Source of the DNA: Chlamydiales bacterium
GTDB lineage: Bacteria > Chlamydiota > Chlamydiia > Chlamydiales > JAAKFR01
DNA: 32,000 bases
Direction: 5' to 3'
Assembly: GCA_041395025.1 (NCBI GenBank)
Contig: JAWLBH010000001.1
Coordinates: 990,001-1,022,000 of the forward strand
The position numbers and the translations under genes are program-made. Below the pieces are notes generated by a model. The model was given only the letters and a program-made list of their open reading frames with translations, was not told where the DNA came from and did no database searches. Below are positions 22,855 to 32,000 of this stretch, piece after piece (within the stretch, counting starts at the first letter, position 1; every line of letters starts with the position of its first letter).

Positions 22855-25098
22855 TTAAGCTTCCTGTTTTGGATAGTAAATTTTGCGTGGTTTCGCTCCT
22901 TCTGATGGTCCAATCACTCCTTTTGCTTGGAGTTCATCCATCAAACCAGCAGCACGTGCATAACCGATTTTGAGCTTTCTTTGTAAGAAAGTTGTTGAAG
23001 CATTTCCTGTCTCAAAGATAAGAGCTTTTGCTTCTTCATACAAAGGAGTAGGTTGATAAACATCATCTCCCTCTTCTATTGAAGATTGTTGGTATGTTTC
23101 AAATGAGGGGATCAGGTAATTAGTTGAAGCTTGAGAACAAATATAGTGAATAATAGTGTTAATATCCTCGTCTCGTATAAATGCTCCTTGAGCACGCAAT
23201 AAGTTTGAAGTACCTGGAGGTAAAAAGAGCAAATCTCCATTCCCTAAAAGTGATTCAGCCCCATTTTCATCGATAATAATCTGACTGTTAATGCGACTAG
23301 AAACTTTGAAGGCAATACGACAGGGAAAATTGGCTTTGATCAAACCAGTGATTACTTCTCGTGAGGGGCGTTGTGTAGCAAGAATCATATGAATCCCAAC
23401 TGCCCGAGCCATTTGAGCAATACGAGCAATGGGTGTTTCGATATCACTAGAAGAAACCATCATTAGATCAGCTAACTCATCAATAATCACAACGATATAG
23501 GGAAGCTGATCAGGAATATCTAGATCTAGAGAATCTTCTAGCTGTCGATGAATTTTTCGTGTATTGAAGCCATGAATATTACGTATTCCCAATTGACGAA
23601 AAATTTCGTAACGTCTTTCCATCTCTTTGACAAGCCAATTGAGGGCAGCAGCCGATCCTCTCGGCTCAGTAATGACCGGAGCAAGCATATGAGGAAGATG
23701 GGTATAGGCTGTCAATTCAACTTTTTTTGGATCGATCATCACAATCTTAATTTCATTAGGATGAGCATTCATTACCAGTGACATGACAATCGTATTAATG
23801 CAGACAGATTTACCTGAACCCGTTGCCCCGGCAATAATTAAATGGGGCATTTTGGTGAGATCTGTCCAAATATCATTCCCATTGACAATTTTCCCAAGTA
23901 AAAGAGGAATATGGGCTTTTTTATGACTTCTTTGATAATTTTCAAGTAATTCACGAAAACTAACTTCCTGAGGTTTTGGACTAGGAATTTCAATCCCTAC
24001 AGCAGCTTTTCCAGGAATGGGAGCAATAATTCGAATGGATTTTGCTTCCATATTGAGTGCAATGTCATTCTCAAGAGTTTTAATTTTTTGGACTTTGACA
24101 CCAACTGCTGGATGAACTTCAAAAGAGGCAACAGTAGGTCCACAATGAATATCCCCTACTTTGGCTTCAATCCCAAAACTTAAAAGCGTCTCTTCTAAAA
24201 TCTCAGCCTGTCTTTTTAAATCGTTTTTAAGAGAAGAAGAATCGATAGGAGAAATCTCTGTGAGAAGGGAAGAAGGAGGTAGAAGATAGTTCTTTGAGGA
24301 CACTTCTTGTTTAGCTAAAGAGGGAAGGTGAGAGGAGGTATTGTTAGACTTTTCGGGAAGTCTAATACAAGTTTCTCGTTTCAATGGATCATCACGAATA
24401 AGGACCGGTTTATTGGTCTGTTGTAAATTCACCCGCGCAGGCTTTAAGGGTTTTTTGAATTGGAAGTGCCAGAAAGAAATAGATCTCCTATAGAGTCTTT
24501 TTATGATTCTAGCCAAATAAGAGATGGGCATTTCAATAAGCAGTATAGTCGCAGAAAAACACAGTAAGCAAGAGAGAATAAAGGTGCCAAAGCCTCCAAA
24601 TATATTTTTCAAATTCACAGCTGTTTCCGAATAGATATGATGAAAAGGTACTCCTCCAAGATAATGACAATACCTTTCTGAATCGTAAAAAGCTCCATGT
24701 GGATAGTAATCGGAGTAAATCCACCTTTGAAAAATAGACGCCATCCATGGATGAGAATAAGCAAGTTGTGCTAAAAGAGTCGCTGTAGCAATAAGCAAAA
24801 GAAAAAAATAACAGAGTTTATATCTTGGATGTCTGATAGGTTGTTTTCTCGTCATCTTCCAACCAAACCATCCGCAAAAAAAAGGAATAAGTAAACTCGC
24901 AAGACCAAAGAGATAATTCGCACACCATCCCATAATATGGCCCAAAAGACCCAGCCAGTTCTTGGTTGAGTCTCGATCATGATAGCTCAAAAGACTCAAA
25001 GCAAGCAAAAGAGAAAATATCAGTAAGAAAAAACCTTGAGTGGAATAGAAATATTCAAGATGAGGTGGTTTACGAGAGGATTTTTTTTCATTTTTCAT
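22855..25098 (-). CDS. ftsK: DNA translocase FtsK
   Basis: N-terminal TM segments, Walker A 'GATGSGKS', Walker B 'VVIIDELADLM', and the gamma wHTH 'STTFLQRKLKIGYARAAGLMDELQAKGVIG'. Confidence 0.92.
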   Translation of the reverse strand: MKNEKKSSRKPPHLEYFYSTQGFFLLIFSLLLALSLLSYHDRDSTKNWLGLLGHIMGWCANYLFGLASLLIPFFCGWFGWKMTRKQPIRHPRYKLCYFFLLLIATATLLAQLAYSHPWMASIFQRWIYSDYYPHGAFYDSERYCHYLGGVPFHHIYSETAVNLKNIFGGFGTFILSCLLCFSATILLIEMPISYLARIIKRLYRRSISFWHFQFKKPLKPARVNLQQTNKPVLIRDDPLKRETCIRLPEKSNNTSSHLPSLAKQEVSSKNYLLPPSSLLTEISPIDSSSLKNDLKRQAEILEETLLSFGIEAKVGDIHCGPTVASFEVHPAVGVKVQKIKTLENDIALNMEAKSIRIIAPIPGKAAVGIEIPSPKPQEVSFRELLENYQRSHKKAHIPLLLGKIVNGNDIWTDLTKMPHLIIAGATGSGKSVCINTIVMSLVMNAHPNEIKIVMIDPKKVELTAYTHLPHMLAPVITEPRGSAAALNWLVKEMERRYEIFRQLGIRNIHGFNTRKIHRQLEDSLDLDIPDQLPYIVVIIDELADLMMVSSSDIETPIARIAQMARAVGIHMILATQRPSREVITGLIKANFPCRIAFKVSSRINSQIIIDENGAESLLGNGDLLFLPPGTSNLLRAQGAFIRDEDINTIIHYICSQASTNYLIPSFETYQQSSIEEGDDVYQPTPLYEEAKALIFETGNASTTFLQRKLKIGYARAAGLMDELQAKGVIGPSEGAKPRKIYYPKQEA

Positions 25099-25257
25099 AT
25101 CTTTCCTTTTATATCAACCTCTTAAAATTTATGGAATCGCTCTTTTGTTTTTTAGTCTCGATAATGTTTTAAGATTAGGGGATAAAACATGATTGAAAAT
25201 CAAGGATAAGGAATAGAGATGGATATAAAATACTTCAATGACAATAGGAAAAGTGAG

Positions 25258-25332
<75 letters not shown>

Positions 25333-25583
25333 ATCTATGGAAGCATTTTGTGAAATCTAAGATAAAAAGTCAATTTCTCTGGGTCAATTAGGCTAAGGCA
25401 AGTCGTAATCTAGAATCAAGTTGAATAAAAGATATCGAAGATATTTTTTTTTGTGAAAAAATTAAATTGCTGAAAAAAAAGAGATTTGAGTATCGTATTG
25501 TCTTCTCATTAAAGAGACCTTCAAAAAAGGCAATGAGAATACCATCGTTATTAAGCGATGGATGCTAAAAAACAGCAATATAT

Positions 25584-25615
25584 CACTTGACAGCAAAAAT
25601 GAGACAAAATGCAGA
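25584..25615 (+). other. 5' strand of the 16S precursor processing stem
   Basis: CACTTGACAGCAAAAATGAGACAAAATGCAGA pairs with 27288-27319. 29 positions are Watson-Crick, with one G.U and two mismatches. Confidence 0.7.
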
Positions 25616-25689
25616 TCCAATCTTTATGGTTGGAAAGACTTATGAAAATCAAGCTTAAGCTTGGTTTCCGTTAATTTTAAATTTATTTT

Positions 25690-27240
<1,551 letters not shown>

Positions 27241-27287
27241 TAAGGACAAGATAGATCGGTTTTCCGATCGTCTAGGTTGAGAGTCAG

Positions 27288-27319
27288 TCTGTATTTTGTC
27301 TCTTTTTTGCTGTGAAGTG
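27288..27319 (+). other. 3' strand of the 16S precursor processing stem
   Basis: TCTGTATTTTGTCTCTTTTTTGCTGTGAAGTG is complementary to 25584-25615. Confidence 0.7.
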
Positions 27320-27357
27320 TTTCTGGATAGTTTAGTAATTCAAGCAAATAAACAATT

Positions 27358-27384
27358 TCACTTAGAATAAGTGGCGCTTGAAGA
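27358..27384 (+). other. 5' strand of the 23S precursor processing stem
   Basis: TCACTTAGAATAAGTGGCGCTTGAAGA pairs with 30472-30498. Both differences are G.U pairs. Confidence 0.7.
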
Positions 27385-27441
27385 ATATATCATATATACG
27401 TTGAAAAATTAAAATCTTAGCAATTTGCACAAAATTTTTGT

Positions 27442-30388
<2,947 letters not shown>

Positions 30389-30471
30389 TTTTTCATTGCA
30401 TTTGGCCGAGAAGGCTGAATAAGTGGTTTAAGTTTTCGCAAAAAGCGATTTTTCATTCTGTAGAATGAGTA

Positions 30472-30498
30472 TCTTCAAGCGTCATTTATTCTAAGTGA
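30472..30498 (+). other. 3' strand of the 23S precursor processing stem
   Basis: TCTTCAAGCGTCATTTATTCTAAGTGA is complementary to 27358-27384. Confidence 0.7.
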
Positions 30499-30526
30499 GT
30501 CTTTTGTTGATTTACTAAACAAATTT

Positions 30527-30642
30527 TCTTGGTGGCAATAGAGAAGGGGGTACACCTGATCCCATTCCGAACTCAGAAGTTAAGTCCTTCATCGCCGATG
30601 GTACTGCACACAAGAGTGTGGAAGAGTAGGACGCTGCCAAGT
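30527..30642 (+). rRNA. rrf: 5S ribosomal RNA
   Basis: Helix I forms between CTTGGTGGC and GCTGCCAAG. Conserved 'CCGAACTCAGAAGTTAAG' and 'GAGAGTAGG'-like 'GAAGAGTAGGAC' are present. Confidence 0.9.
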
Positions 30643-30649
30643 TTTCCTC

Positions 30650-30681
30650 AAGCCTATCTTGTAAAAAGATAGGCTTTTTTT
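30650..30681 (+). terminator. rho-independent terminator of the rRNA operon
   Basis: Perfect 11-bp stem AAGCCTATCTT / AAGATAGGCTT, 5-nt loop GTAAA, then a T-run. Confidence 0.8.
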
Positions 30682-30752
30682 ATTACTATAAAAATTATTT
30701 TAGTAACTTAAAATTAATCATATATTAATAGTTATTTTGTAATATTTTATAT

Positions 30753-31337
30753 ATGATTGAAAAAACAAATAATTTTAATTTAGTAGAAGAGAGTAAATCC
30801 TATCATTTAGCATGGGGGAAAAAAGAATATCTATGGATCACCTTGATTGTTTTAGCTGTCTTTGTAGCTGTAAATGGACTGGGTTTTTTTGGAGTTATGA
30901 AAGGATGGTGGGGTGGAGGTAATGCAGGATTATCGACTTCCTTAAATCAAACAGATTCCGTTATTATGATGAGTGTAGGAGGAGGAATCGCTCTTCTTGG
31001 TCTAATGTTTTTCCCAATATATCGTAAAAGACAGAGAATGCTTTTTGAAAAAAAAGTGAAGTATTTAGAGTCTAATTTAGGAGATAATTTTTCTTCTCTA
31101 GGAATGAATAAAGATAATTTCGACTTTTTAGAGAAAGAAAACTATCAGTTGAGAAAATTCGAAGATAATTTCAAAGAGGATAATAAGAGATATGCTCTCT
31201 TTGTGAAAGATGAAAATAATGAGGTCTATTGTACTCCAAATATGGTCTATAAAGAGATTGTGTTGATGGGGAAATTATTTAAAATCAAAGGATATCAACA
31301 AGATTGTACAGATGTTGATGATATTGATGAAAGCTAG
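30753..31337 (+). CDS. hypothetical membrane protein (two TM segments, charged C-terminal domain)
   Basis: TM segments 'YLWITLIVLAVFVAVNGLGFFGV' and 'VIMMSVGGGIALLGLMFFPI', followed by a Lys/Glu/Asn-rich soluble tail. No motif recognised. Confidence 0.45.
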   Translation: MIEKTNNFNLVEESKSYHLAWGKKEYLWITLIVLAVFVAVNGLGFFGVMKGWWGGGNAGLSTSLNQTDSVIMMSVGGGIALLGLMFFPIYRKRQRMLFEKKVKYLESNLGDNFSSLGMNKDNFDFLEKENYQLRKFEDNFKEDNKRYALFVKDENNEVYCTPNMVYKEIVLMGKLFKIKGYQQDCTDVDDIDES

Positions 31338-31933
31338 ACAATGCCAACCAATACAGAAATTGTTAATCCCATAATCATAAGAAGTGTAAAGAGTAAAATC
31401 CAACCGATAGCTAAAATCAAAAACCCTTTCGAGTTAGAAACATGGTGAGCCTCTCCAATGAGATTCACTAAAATGACAAAAGCCCAAATAATGATTAAAA
31501 CTGTGATTAGAGAAAAGAGCAGTTGGATTTGGGGAGTAAATATTGTCCACATTCCTAAATAACTGGTTAATTGCGCGATAATGAAAGGATAATTGCTCCA
31601 ACCGACTGCGCATTTTAAATCAATAAATGATCCATTTCCTCCTAACCAAGATCCTGTAATTTTATAGAGCCACCCTCCTAGATAAAGATGTGCTAAACCT
31701 AAAATTCCCCCTAAAATAAGTTGTTTAGTCAAAAAAAAGAGATAAAAAAACAGTTTTTTATCGAAAAAAACCATTTGCCAAGGAGAGGGAAAGATCGTTA
31801 AAGAACATAAGCCACCTTGAATTAAAGCAAGCCAAACAAGGGTTTTTTTTGAATGAGCCTTTAGCAGGCTTTGCATGGTTTTTCTTGGAGATATCCAGAC
31901 AGAATACCAGGGATGGAGATTGATTGATGGCAT
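31334..31933 (-). CDS. Yip1-domain (DUF1282-like) polytopic membrane protein
   Basis: N-terminal 'WYSVWISPRKTMQSLL' followed by about five hydrophobic segments, the usual layout of bacterial Yip1-family proteins. Confidence 0.55.
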   Translation of the reverse strand: MPSINLHPWYSVWISPRKTMQSLLKAHSKKTLVWLALIQGGLCSLTIFPSPWQMVFFDKKLFFYLFFLTKQLILGGILGLAHLYLGGWLYKITGSWLGGNGSFIDLKCAVGWSNYPFIIAQLTSYLGMWTIFTPQIQLLFSLITVLIIIWAFVILVNLIGEAHHVSNSKGFLILAIGWILLFTLLMIMGLTISVLVGIV

Positions 31934-32000
31934 ATGTTAGGTCTATATATTTTTTAATAAAAAATAAGCAAAACTCCTGCCAATTTAGTATCAAATTTAT

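Noticed and set aside
25380-25583. rRNA promoter call (e.g. TTGCTG-18 nt-TATCGT near 25470-25500, or TTGACA at 25587)
   Set aside because: Several weak sigma-70-like hexamer pairs exist in this AT-rich leader and none is clearly better. The TTGACA is part of the processing stem. No promoter is reported as a feature.

Overview
The window comes from an AT-rich chlamydial genome. The 16S gene has the Chlamydiales-type 5' end, with exact matches to the signature sites CGGCGTGGATGAGGCAT (25729-25745) and GCCAACACTGGGACTGA. It is probably an environmental, amoeba-associated Chlamydiae lineage. The right two thirds (about 12.3-32 kb) is ordinary core genome. It holds an rrs-rrl-rrf operon with no spacer tRNA, a divergent tRNA-His, an ftsK-yycJ-SET-domain operon, and an AGCS amino-acid symporter. 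It also holds a beta-carbonic anhydrase, a TauD-like dioxygenase, an OMP plus BtaA-like (DUF3419) pair and several lineage-specific membrane or secreted ORFs. The left third (about 1-11.9 kb) is accessory and looks more GC-rich by eye. It contains an AbiEi/AbiEii pair translationally coupled to a pentapeptide-repeat gene. Converging on that is a coupled pair of a CPT-like P-loop kinase and a SAP/DUF6434 protein. Next comes a compact integrative element (tyrosine integrase, excisionase-like HTH, DUF3987/YfjI-like protein, orphan ORFs) that ends in gene fragments and an iteron-like repeat array. After it lie a decayed second integrase, a Vat-type streptogramin acetyltransferase and a 52-nt 3' fragment of tRNA-Leu(UAA). 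This layout looks like serial integration at a tRNA-Leu site. All functional calls rest on motif recognition by eye; no database search was run. RNA ends are accurate to about +/-5 nt and several CDS starts are ambiguous.
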